From positions 1-51,400 of the forward strand of contig JBKAGE010000062.1 in assembly GCA_046290225.1 (NCBI GenBank): a stretch of 51,400 nucleotides of DNA, read 5' to 3'. The notes beneath the pieces were generated by a model. It was not told the origin of the DNA and did no database searches. It saw only the letters and a list, made by a program, of their open reading frames with translations. Shown one piece after another: positions 23,401-31,531 of this stretch (position 1 is its first letter; each line of letters begins with the position of its first letter). A program made the translations under genes and the position numbers. Source of the stretch: Bradymonadia bacterium. GTDB taxonomy: Bacteria; Myxococcota_A; Bradymonadia; UBA7976; UBA1532.

Positions 23401-25518
23401 GACCGACTCGGGGACCTGACCGGCGTTCTCGACGCGCTCCACGATGCGGGCGTAGCTGTTGTCCGCCGGTACGGTGATTTCGCGGTACACGCGCAGGTTG
23501 CCGAAGGGCACTGGCCCAAGGATCACCGTGCGGCCGTCTTCGCTCAGCACCGCGTTGCTCTGACCGGGGAAGCCCACCCCATTGACGTCCGGATCTTCGT
23601 GGCCGTCGAAGGCGTCGTCGCCGCCGTCGCTGATCTCACCATCGCTGCGGATGTCCCAGAGCTCGTCGTTGACGTCTCGGAGCTCGATGTTGAACTCGTT
23701 GATGAAGGGAGCCACCGACTCGGGGTCGAGGGGATCGGTGAGATCGAGAACGACCTCCTGGAGGTCGGTACGGCCGTCGTCGTCGGAGTCGGTGAGCTCG
23801 GGGTTGGTGCCCAGCATCGCTTCATCGGCGTCGCTCAGACCGTCGTTGTCCAGATCGAGCACCTCGCACGCGTCGCCCGTGCCGTCACCGTCTTCGTCGA
23901 GCTGCTCGACGTTGGCGATGGAGAAGCAGTTGTCCACGGCGTCACATACGCCGTCTTCATCTTCGTCGGTGAAGACGCTCAGAGCCGAGAAGGTGTTGGT
24001 GCCGCACTGCCGCTCGGCCTCATTGGAGAGACCATCGTCGTCGATGTCGTCATCACAGGTGTCACCGAGGCCGTCGCCGTCGGTGTCGAGCTGGTCGACG
24101 TTGGCCGTCTCGGGGCAGATGTCGCAGGCGTCGCCGAGCGGATCGCCGATGGGCTCGCAGAAGAACGCATAGGTCTGGTCACAGGGGCGATCGTTCCAGC
24201 CGTCCGGCTCGGTGATGACGCAATCGTCGTCGCCATAGTCCGGCTCGTTGCTGTCCCAGGCCTGAGCCACGCCGAGGGGGCGGCCGTCGATCCAGGCGTA
24301 GACCTGCTCGAAGCGCTCGCTGCGCAGGCCGAGCCAGATGTTCTGGCCGTCGGCGGTCTCGATGATGAAGGCCTGCTCCTCGAGGTCGTCCACCACCACG
24401 AGATCGCCGCCGAAGCCCTGGCAGCGGGCCCGTGCTGCGTCGAAGGTGAGCTCTTCTTCGGCACACCGCAGATAAGGTCGACCTGTAGGGCTCTCCAAGA
24501 AGTTGCAGCCTGGGGCGAGCTCAGCACAGGTCTCGACGCTGTCGCACACGAGAGAGGCGCTGAAGTCAGAGTTGAGCTGGTCGTTGTTGGCGATGGTGGG
24601 GCAGTTGTCTTCTGCGTCGACGAAGTCGTCGTTGTCGTCGTTGTCATCGCAGGCATCGCCCATGCCATCGCCGTCCGTATCGAGCTGATCGGCGTTGGCG
24701 ATGGCGGGGCAGTTGTCGCAGACGTCGCCCAGGCCGTCACCGTCACCATCCAACTGCTCCGGATCTGCATCGGCGGGACAGATGTCGAGGGTGTCGCAGA
24801 CGCCATCTTCGTCACCGTCGGCAGGCAGGCTCTCCACCGCCAGCGGATCGCTCCCACAGGCGGTCTCGAGATCGTTGTCGACGCCATCGCCGTCGATGTC
24901 GTCGTCACAGACGTCACCAAAATCATCTTCATCCAGGTTCGCCTGGTCGGCGTTGGCCAGCTCGGCGCAGTTGTCGAGGGCATCGCACGTGCCGTCTTCG
25001 TCGCCGTCGACGGGCACGCTCTGCGGGTCGAACGGATCGCTCCCACACTGGCCTTCGAGGGTGTCGTCGGCGCCATCACCGTCATCATCGTCGTCACAGA
25101 CATCGCCGATGCCGTTCCCGTCGGTGTCCACCTGGCGTGGGTTGTCGTCGGCGGGGCAGTTGTCGCAGGCATCGCCGAAGGCGTCCTGATCGCCGTTGGC
25201 CTGATCCGGGTTTGCTGCGTCGACGCAGTTGTCCACATCGTCACAGATGCCATCTTCATCGGCGTCGCCGGTGCCCTCGCAGGGGTCCACCACCACGCCA
25301 CCCATACCGCCGACTTCACCACCAGCACCGCCGACTTCGCCGCCAGCGCCGCCAACCTCGCCGCCGGCACCACCCATCGAGCCGCCAGCGCCGCCAGTCA
25401 CGCCACCGGCGCCCCCGGTGCCGTCACCACCGTCACTGCCATCGCCGTCGTCACAGGCCGCACCGCCGAGGGCGATGGCCAGGGCCAGTGCGAGGCGCAT
25501 TCGTCGTTCCAGGTACAT
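20443..25518 (-). CDS. Giant Ca-binding TSP3-repeat / C-type lectin surface lipoprotein, paralog 4 (1691 aa)
   Basis: Lipobox LGGAAC; same domain order; lectin domain IWLGL..EPD..DDC..WND; appears the most divergent copy. Confidence 0.9.
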   Translation of the reverse strand: MYLERRMRLALALAIALGGAACDDGDGSDGGDGTGGAGGVTGGAGGSMGGAGGEVGGAGGEVGGAGGEVGGMGGVVVDPCEGTGDADEDGICDDVDNCVDAANPDQANGDQDAFGDACDNCPADDNPRQVDTDGNGIGDVCDDDDDGDGADDTLEGQCGSDPFDPQSVPVDGDEDGTCDALDNCAELANADQANLDEDDFGDVCDDDIDGDGVDNDLETACGSDPLAVESLPADGDEDGVCDTLDICPADADPEQLDGDGDGLGDVCDNCPAIANADQLDTDGDGMGDACDDNDDNDDFVDAEDNCPTIANNDQLNSDFSASLVCDSVETCAELAPGCNFLESPTGRPYLRCAEEELTFDAARARCQGFGGDLVVVDDLEEQAFIIETADGQNIWLGLRSERFEQVYAWIDGRPLGVAQAWDSNEPDYGDDDCVITEPDGWNDRPCDQTYAFFCEPIGDPLGDACDICPETANVDQLDTDGDGLGDTCDDDIDDDGLSNEAERQCGTNTFSALSVFTDEDEDGVCDAVDNCFSIANVEQLDEDGDGTGDACEVLDLDNDGLSDADEAMLGTNPELTDSDDDGRTDLQEVVLDLTDPLDPESVAPFINEFNIELRDVNDELWDIRSDGEISDGGDDAFDGHEDPDVNGVGFPGQSNAVLSEDGRTVILGPVPFGNLRVYREITVPADNSYARIVERVENAGQVPESVELHYRGNLGSDDGTGVYGTGSGDLIVSSDDSWFVTDDSPTGGDPTVGHAYGEFAAVGGVRNQFLDDDNPDWTYNFTVPAGETRIVAWFLTQQTGTQLAVDLMSAIAADPAAYLVDLGENATVVNWQFGEDADGDGIDDDREPAFGTDPNLADTDGDGLNDLREIVLGLDPTMPNANLDLDGDGLTEAEELELGTDPNLADSDGDRINDDVELALGTDPTQGDSDGDGLNDFDELYILLTDPTIEDTDGDTMSDGFEAEFGLDPLADDSAIDADEDGLTNLEEFNLGLNPNNPDTDGDGLGDNEELQLEPPLDPGNPDTDNGGIDDGQEIADGTDPLNRFDETLVVDRFDFSLFDGEGFEWDIQRNGGIDNGSDDAYDDGVELLVGGIEFPDFDTAETTPGFGREVVFGPAAMGDLSVTRRVYIPSANGSAFARFLEVIANPTDADIEVSVQLIGDLGSDDETVLVAESSGDNVLDGNDTWFISDDVDNDDDPSMVHFLADPEAPVTPSTVALNGEEFSWGYTLTVPAGGRVVLMHFASQNRNRAEALARVESLTELEPDVELLGIPGNLRADVVNFSIFTDADGDDLDDGDEAALGTDPANADTDGDGLSDGYEVENDLDPLTAGEQEIDFDNDGLTTLEEFAAGSLARRADSDNDGRTDGDELNVEPFTDPINADTDNDGLRDGAELETGTDPNDIDSDGDNLSDGDEVNVHGSNPTLVDTDSDGMSDDYEVENRLDPLVDDAAGDRDEDTLTNLEEFNLGTRADVTDSDYDLLSDAEEIAAGTDPNNRDTDGGGTPDGLEVQAGTDPLVAGDDEPVPTLYFSGPSNDIAEVNVVAGGFVQCHRDLYDNDFNSLDDILANCGGEILLMACREIGQPAFRVAAMGEREFVLADQGNERNPVNEHNDVNWYYSTDHSWGFGPVGGELSRGSCDTNGADDEGRLCWHTQNGLLDNGYRCGANRSLNGSLTYERVIYQRAAPLIPAQD

Positions 25519-25728
25519 GCGTTCAACCTCGTGAGTGCGTCGTGCAGGTGCACGCGCGCGTCAAGTGAAGGAGAAGTGTTCTTCGGATCACGACACCCGT
25601 ACCGTGAGCGCGCGGTTCATCACAACTTCACAACGGGTGGTACCAGGGCCGAGGGCATCGCCGGGCTTGCGATCTGTGACGGCCTGGGGTCAGTTGGACA
25701 CATCATCTGAAGTGAGGAGGCCTGCCCC

Positions 25729-26559
25729 ATGGCGGAGCGGTTCAAGGACAAAGTCGTCATCATCACCGGGGCGTCGGCGGGCATCGGCGAAGCTGCAGCG
25801 CATCTGTTCGCCGAAGAAGGCGCCAGGGTGGTGGTCTCCGCCCGGGGTCGGGAGCGGCTGGAGCAGGTTGCCGAAGAGCTGCGGGCCAAGGGGGCCGAGG
25901 TCTTCGTCCAGCCCGGTGACGTCGGCGACGATGGGGCCTGCAAGGCATTGATCGACGAGACTGTAGCCCACTTTGGCGGCGTTGACGTGCTGGTGAACAA
26001 TGCCGGCTTGCACCATCGGGGCCTCTTCGAAGAGGTCGAAGCTGAAGATCTCGCCCACATGGTCCACGTGAACCTGCGGGCACCGGTGCTGCTCACCCGA
26101 CTTGTGCTGCCCCACCTGCGTCAGCGCGGGGGTGGGGCCGTGGTGCAGGTGGCTTCTCTCGCAGGCCGGGCGCCTGTGCCCGGCTCGGCGGTGTATTCGG
26201 CGACGAAGTTCGGGCTGCGGGCGTTCAGCAGAGCCCTCGCCGAAGAGCTCCGGGGCACTGGCATTCACATGACCATCGTCTCACCGGGTCCTGTGGATAC
26301 GGGCTTCATCATGGACGACATCGACGCTGTGAGTGATTTGACCTTCTCCCAGCCCATCTCCACCTCCGAAGAGGTGGCGGCGGCCATCCTGGACTGCGCC
26401 GCCGATGGCAAAATGGAGCGGGCGCTCCCCGGACGCTCTGGTGTGCTCACCACGGCGGCATACCTCGCTCCGGGCCTCGGCCGGGCCCTGAGGCCCATGC
26501 TCGAGCGCAAGGGTCGCAAGACCAAGGACCGGCTGCGCAAGGCCGGGCGCAAGGCCTGA
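25729..26559 (+). CDS. Short-chain dehydrogenase/reductase (SDR) family oxidoreductase
   Basis: TGASAGIG Rossmann motif, DVLVNNAG, VAS, catalytic YSATK, SPGPVDT; GAGGAGG RBS upstream. Confidence 0.95.
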   Translation: MAERFKDKVVIITGASAGIGEAAAHLFAEEGARVVVSARGRERLEQVAEELRAKGAEVFVQPGDVGDDGACKALIDETVAHFGGVDVLVNNAGLHHRGLFEEVEAEDLAHMVHVNLRAPVLLTRLVLPHLRQRGGGAVVQVASLAGRAPVPGSAVYSATKFGLRAFSRALAEELRGTGIHMTIVSPGPVDTGFIMDDIDAVSDLTFSQPISTSEEVAAAILDCAADGKMERALPGRSGVLTTAAYLAPGLGRALRPMLERKGRKTKDRLRKAGRKA

Positions 26560-26562
26560 GGC

Positions 26563-28284
26563 ATGGGGCGACTCTGGCCTGCGAGCCTCTTCGGGCGGCT
26601 GAGCATCGCGTATTTGATCCCGGCGGTGGTGTTCATCGCCGGTCTCATCGTGCTTGCCGATCGGGCTGCCCGGGCCACCCTCGAAGAAGAGGTCGGCGGG
26701 CGCCTCGAGGCCACTGCCGCGTCCACCGCGGCGCTGCTCCCCACAGGCCTCGTGGCGCGGTTTCGCCCCGACAGCGCCCGGACCCACAGCAACCTGCTCA
26801 AACGCCTCAAGGCTGTTGCTGCAGAGGTGGGTGCCCGGCGGGTGTTTCTCGTGGGCCTCGACGGCCGATCCATGGCCGATACCGCCGACGACGCCCCAGC
26901 CCCTGGCGAAGAAGATCGCACCCTGGCGCAGGATCAATTCGAGCTGGCCCAGGTGGCCCTCGGGGAGCGGTCCAGCTCGATCCTCTACACCGGCCTCGAT
27001 GGGGTCCGGTACAAGCGCGGTTTTGCCCCTGTACGCCACGAGGGCGCGGTGGTGGCCGTCGTCGGCGTGGAGGCGAGCACCGGTGACTATGCTGATCTCG
27101 ACGCCTTGAGCAGCTACATGGTGGGCATCGGGCTCTTCGCCCTGGTGGCCATGGGCTTCATCGGCCTGGGGATCAGCAGGGCCCTGGCCACCCCCCTCGC
27201 GCGCCTCGCCGAGGCCGCCCGCAAGATCGGCGCTGGGGAGCTCGAGGTGCCCGTGCAGGTGCGCACCGGTGCCCAGGAGATCCAGATCCTCAGTGGCACC
27301 ATGGACGAGATGCGCGATGCGCTGCAGCGCCGGGAGCGCGAGCTGCAGTTGATGCTCGGCGGCATCGCCCACGAGATCCGGAACCCCCTCGGGGGCATGG
27401 AGCTCTTCGTGGGCCTGCTCAAAGAAGATCTCGTGGATCAGCCTGATCTGCACCAGATGGTGGCCCGGGTGGGCGACGAGCTCGACGGCCTCAAGCAGAT
27501 CGTCGAAGACTTCCTGGCATATGCCCGTCGAGCACCGATTCAGCGGGGGCCCGTGGCGCTCATCGAGCTGGCCATGGAGGTCCAGGGTCTCGTGTCACTC
27601 ACCCTCAACTGCGACCTGCCCACATCTGATTTCACGCTCGTAGCTGATCGACCCCGGTTGCGCCGGCTGTTGCTCAACCTCGTAGGCAACGCCGAGCAGG
27701 CCGGAGCGACTGAGGTGGTGCTGAAGGCCGCCCATCACGACACGCTCCCCGAAGGCACGGGCGCGGGTTGGGTGGTCACTCTCACCGATGACGGGCCAGG
27801 CATTCCCGAAGAGGCGGCGGCACGCATCTTCGACGCTTTTTATACGACCCGGGAGAAGGGGACGGGTCTGGGCCTGGCGCTGTGTCGCCGTATCGCAGAG
27901 GAGCACGGCGGGGCACTCACGCTCCTGAACCCCGGCGAGCCTGGCGCTCGCCTGCAGCTGGTGCTCCCCGAGGCGCTGTCGAGCCTGCGCGGGCCCATGG
28001 TCGATTCCGAGAGCGCTCAGAACGACCGGGTGCCCCTCGCAGAAACAGCGCCCGTGGTGCCACCCGTCGAGTCGGGGCCTGTCGAAGATACACCCGAGGG
28101 CTGGCTCGGAGATGGTCAGGCATCGACGCCAGAGGGTTGGCTTGGAGACGGTGAGCCGGCGATGTTGGGCGATGACATGCCCTCTGGCTGGCTCGGCGAT
28201 GGGGAGGGTGACAGCGAGGCGTGGCTCGGAGATGACGAGCCTGCGCTGCTCGGAGACGGCCCAATGCCAGACGACAAAGGGTGA
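26563..28284 (+). CDS. Membrane sensor histidine kinase (two TM helices, periplasmic sensor, HAMP, HisKA, HATPase) with acidic WLGD-repeat tail
   Basis: Two hydrophobic segments; HAMP (PLARLAEAARKIGAGEL); H-box IAHEIRNPL; N-box LLNLVGNA; G1 DDGPGI; F/G2 FYTTREKGTGLGL. Confidence 0.93.
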   Translation: MGRLWPASLFGRLSIAYLIPAVVFIAGLIVLADRAARATLEEEVGGRLEATAASTAALLPTGLVARFRPDSARTHSNLLKRLKAVAAEVGARRVFLVGLDGRSMADTADDAPAPGEEDRTLAQDQFELAQVALGERSSSILYTGLDGVRYKRGFAPVRHEGAVVAVVGVEASTGDYADLDALSSYMVGIGLFALVAMGFIGLGISRALATPLARLAEAARKIGAGELEVPVQVRTGAQEIQILSGTMDEMRDALQRRERELQLMLGGIAHEIRNPLGGMELFVGLLKEDLVDQPDLHQMVARVGDELDGLKQIVEDFLAYARRAPIQRGPVALIELAMEVQGLVSLTLNCDLPTSDFTLVADRPRLRRLLLNLVGNAEQAGATEVVLKAAHHDTLPEGTGAGWVVTLTDDGPGIPEEAAARIFDAFYTTREKGTGLGLALCRRIAEEHGGALTLLNPGEPGARLQLVLPEALSSLRGPMVDSESAQNDRVPLAETAPVVPPVESGPVEDTPEGWLGDGQASTPEGWLGDGEPAMLGDDMPSGWLGDGEGDSEAWLGDDEPALLGDGPMPDDKG

Positions 28285-28455
28285 GCACACACATTCCTGT
28301 GGTCTGCACCCTCAGATATCCAGTGATTCGACGACGGGCCCGACGGAAATTCGGGCTGCTGAGGCCTTCACGCCATGGCGTGAGGATTGCTTGACGCTTG
28401 TTCGACGGATGCGCTCAGTGGCGATACATCCGAGAGGCCCTCGCTGGAGAACACG

Positions 28456-29019
28456 ATGCCCCACCCGATGTTGACCCGGATTTTGACCGCCATGGCCGGT
28501 GGCGGCGTGATGCTCGCCGGCTGTATTGCCGACCCCCAAGGCCTCGAGGACGCAGAGGTGCCGTTGCCCGACGGCACGATGCGGTTTGCCGAAGACGCTG
28601 ATCTGACGCAGGACGCCCGGGTCGAGCCGCCGCCATTGCCCGACATGATGGTGCCCGATGGTGAGCCGCCAGTGTCCACCGTCGATGCCACCGTAGATGT
28701 GGACGCAGAGACACCCCCACCACCGCCTGTCATGGGTTCATATGTGTGCGAGTCGGACTGGGCAGAATGCTATGACCCGCCCCCCGGCGAGCCGTGCCCT
28801 GATCTGGCGAACGATCACAGCTACGAGACGATGGTCTCGGTGCTCGACGCCCTCGGCTACCAGGACGACGGCTGTCTTTGGGCCTGGGGGCCGTGCAATC
28901 CCGAGGGCATGCCTGCCCGCTGTTGTTACGAGGTGGACTTCGGATGTGAAGGTCGCCCCTTCCATGTAGAGGCCGAAATGCGCAAAGCTGCCCCGACACA
29001 CCGGACGGACTGGGTGTAG
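28456..29019 (+). CDS. Cys-rich putative lipoprotein with C-terminal GRPF...HRTDWV tail (partner 1 of ferritin-like protein)
   Basis: ATG 28456 after GGAGA; lipobox LAGC; Pro/acidic linker; 8-Cys domain ending CCYEVDFGCEGRPF; tail shared with next gene. Confidence 0.8.
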   Translation: MPHPMLTRILTAMAGGGVMLAGCIADPQGLEDAEVPLPDGTMRFAEDADLTQDARVEPPPLPDMMVPDGEPPVSTVDATVDVDAETPPPPPVMGSYVCESDWAECYDPPPGEPCPDLANDHSYETMVSVLDALGYQDDGCLWAWGPCNPEGMPARCCYEVDFGCEGRPFHVEAEMRKAAPTHRTDWV

Positions 29020-29036
29020 AGCAGAAAGGCGGCGCG

Positions 29037-29501
29037 ATGGCTTCTGAAGGGTTGAGCAGGCGGGTGATGCAGGCGATTCAGCTGGGGGCAGCCCTCGCCA
29101 TGGTGCCCGCTGTGGGGTGTGGTGGGGGCACGGCAGAGACAACACCTCCATCAGACGATACCGCCCTGAAGCCTGTGGAGACGCCCAAAGAAGCAGACAC
29201 ATCACAGGCGTGGGCATGGAGCAATGGTCAGGTGTGCACCCCTGGCCCGGTCTGTGTCGAGGTCGACGCTGGCACAGAATGCCCGACCCACCTCGAGGCC
29301 TGTGAGCAGCTGGTGAAGGCACAGGATCCTGCGAGTGAGCAATGTGCGCCGCGAATGACCGGTGCGTGTATGAGCGCCGGTGAGTCGAAGACTTCGTGCT
29401 GTTATGCCGAGGTAGAGCTCCGGGTGATCATCGGTCGCCCCTTCACGGTGTACGACCTTGCCCGTACTGCCCCTGCTGCCCATCGAACTGACTGGGTGTA
29501 A
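29037..29501 (+). CDS. Cys-rich putative lipoprotein with C-terminal GRPF...HRTDWV tail (partner 2)
   Basis: Signal-like N-terminus with lipobox AVGC; 8-Cys domain ending CCYAEV..IIGRPF; 22-aa tail of identical length ending HRTDWV. Confidence 0.82.
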   Translation: MASEGLSRRVMQAIQLGAALAMVPAVGCGGGTAETTPPSDDTALKPVETPKEADTSQAWAWSNGQVCTPGPVCVEVDAGTECPTHLEACEQLVKAQDPASEQCAPRMTGACMSAGESKTSCCYAEVELRVIIGRPFTVYDLARTAPAAHRTDWV

Positions 29502-29545
29502 GGCCCGGGCATCACGGCGTCTCGTGCACCGATAGAACGACTGAA

Positions 29546-30244
29546 ATGGAGCCTCTGATGCAGACCGAGACCGCCATGGAGCATATGCCCGAACACGTTC
29601 GCGCGCGCCTCGCCGAGGGCTGGCTGGAGACTGCCCTGGCAGAGCACGCCTCGGTGGCGTCGTTTGCGCGGTTCACCCTGCACCTGCTCGCTGCTGGCGC
29701 GCCCCCACACTTGCTCGAGGCGTCCCATCAGGCGGGCCTTGACGAGATCAAGCACGCCCGGGCCTGCTTCAAGCTCGCCGCACGCTACCGCGGTGAGGCC
29801 ATGGGTCCTGGCCCCTTGCCCATGAGTGGTGACGTGCTCGGGCCCACCGATTTGCCCAGCCTCACGGCGGCGGCGGTCATCGAGGGGTGCGTCGGCGAGA
29901 CTCTCTCGGCCCTCGAGGCCGCCGAGGCCGCTCAGATCGCCACGGACGCTGAGGTGAAGTCGGTGCTCGTGGACATCGCCGAGGAAGAAGGCCGTCACGC
30001 AGAGCTGGCCTGGGCCTTCGTCACCTGGGCGGTGCAGCAGGGAGGAGAGGCCACCCGCAGCGCGGTGACGCGGGCCTTTGCGGAGTGTGAGCAGAAGCAC
30101 AAGATGGCCATCTGCCCCGAGCAGGATCCAGATGCAGACTGGTTGCACGCCCATGGCCACGTCACTGATCGCATGCGCTTCGAGGTGCGGGTGAGAGGGT
30201 GGCGAGAGGTGGTTCAACCTGGCCGAGCGGCGCTGCTGGGTTGA
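29546..30244 (+). CDS. Stand-alone ferritin-like (four-helix di-iron carboxylate) domain protein
   Basis: EHASVASF ... DEIKHA ... EGCVGETL ... EEGRHAELAW gives the E/ExxH/E/ExxH di-metal ligand pattern; no signal peptide; start could be 29546, 29558 or later. Confidence 0.88.
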   Translation: MEPLMQTETAMEHMPEHVRARLAEGWLETALAEHASVASFARFTLHLLAAGAPPHLLEASHQAGLDEIKHARACFKLAARYRGEAMGPGPLPMSGDVLGPTDLPSLTAAAVIEGCVGETLSALEAAEAAQIATDAEVKSVLVDIAEEEGRHAELAWAFVTWAVQQGGEATRSAVTRAFAECEQKHKMAICPEQDPDADWLHAHGHVTDRMRFEVRVRGWREVVQPGRAALLG

Positions 30245-30355
30245 GCGACTGGGCTAGGCCTACACGACAAGGCGCTGTGAGCGCGCATCACAGGTGCACA
30301 TAAAGAATTGTGAAGCCTGCGCCACCTTGTGTGTCGTCTCGTTATCTTCCCCTCC

Positions 30356-31531
30356 ATGAAGCACCACACACTGGCCACGATGCTCTGCGCATTGGTGGCG
30401 TCCACCGGGGCTCGGGGTCAGACAGCGACAACGCAGGCTGCACCTCCAGCGCCGACGACCGAGCCATCACCCACACCTGCCGAGACGGCACCCTCCATCT
30501 CAGAGGAGGTGCCCCCAGCACCTGTCGAAGAGAGTCCGCTCTCTCCAGGGCCTCTCTCGGTGGGGGCAGCGATCATTCCCGGTGTGCTGATCCACGGCGC
30601 AGGTACGTATGTCGCTGGGGACACTGAGGGCGCCAAGACTCTGCTCTATGCCGAGGGCGTAGGCTTGGGCCTCTTGCTCATCGGGGCCAGTGGCCTTGCC
30701 CTTACTGGAGCCTCTCGTCGGGTCTCCGGCCCTCTGGGTTATATGACTGGGGGGGGCGCAGGTCTCTTCGTCGGATCGTGGATCGCCGACATCTATGGCG
30801 CGGCCACAGGGGGGCGAGAGGCCATCCCAGGTGGCAGCCTGCCGACGCTGCAGCTCGCCGCTGGCTGGCGCTATGTCTACGATCCGCAGTTCGAGTATCG
30901 ACAGTTTGCCCATCTCGATGGCCAGTGGCGCTTGGGTGAGACGGCCTTGGACGCCACGATCTGGCAGGCCGTGGATGATGGCAACCTGAGGGTATCTGGT
31001 GGTGTGTCTCACCGAATCCTCGGTGACCTCCACAATCGACAGAGCGGCAGCTTTTTCGACGCCCGTGGGGGTGTCATCTGGCACGACTATGACACTGAGG
31101 GCTTCTCGGTGCTCACCTTCGAGGGCAGCCTCGACGGGCGCTACGATTTGGGTGATATGGCACGATCTCTCAAAGGGGCCTTCGTCGAAGGCGGGATCGG
31201 CTGGGCCCTTGAGTTCTACGACTACGATATACCTGGCGTTGAGCTCGGCGAAGACACCTTCGATCAGCTGCTCATGCGCTTCGAACTCGGCACTTACCTC
31301 GCTTCAGATAACCCATATGGGGGCGAAGTGAGCGTGTACTACGATCATCGCAAAGACGACTTCGCCGCGGGCTACAGCTTCGACGGTATAGGCGTGGGCG
31401 CCGTGGGCTCTGTGGGCCTCGCCGGGGTGTTGCCCCTCACTGAGACTCTGGCCCTCGATCTCGACGCTCAATACGGATCGGCGGTCATCGTTGGCGCCAG
31501 CATCCGCTATCGCACGGGGGTGGCTCGATGA
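30356..31531 (+). CDS. Exported hypothetical protein, possible outer-membrane beta-barrel
   Basis: Signal peptide MKHHTLATMLCALVASTGARG; Pro/Thr linker; hydrophobic hairpin; C-terminal region of alternating beta-strand pattern ending VGASIRY; ATGA overlap with next gene. Confidence 0.65.
   Translation: MKHHTLATMLCALVASTGARGQTATTQAAPPAPTTEPSPTPAETAPSISEEVPPAPVEESPLSPGPLSVGAAIIPGVLIHGAGTYVAGDTEGAKTLLYAEGVGLGLLLIGASGLALTGASRRVSGPLGYMTGGGAGLFVGSWIADIYGAATGGREAIPGGSLPTLQLAAGWRYVYDPQFEYRQFAHLDGQWRLGETALDATIWQAVDDGNLRVSGGVSHRILGDLHNRQSGSFFDARGGVIWHDYDTEGFSVLTFEGSLDGRYDLGDMARSLKGAFVEGGIGWALEFYDYDIPGVELGEDTFDQLLMRFELGTYLASDNPYGGEVSVYYDHRKDDFAAGYSFDGIGVGAVGSVGLAGVLPLTETLALDLDAQYGSAVIVGASIRYRTGVAR

Noticed and set aside
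4570..25518. CRISPR-like or non-coding repeat arrays (many gtcgccgtcggtgtc-type repeats)
   Set aside because: The repeats are codon-level consequences of DxDxDG and GGAGG protein repeats inside open frames; there is no constant repeat with unique spacers.
29499..29546. Stop-codon readthrough joining partner 2 to the ferritin-like domain
   Set aside because: The two ORFs are in different frames, no obvious slippery site is present, and both partner genes stop at the identical DWV position, which favours a genuine split.
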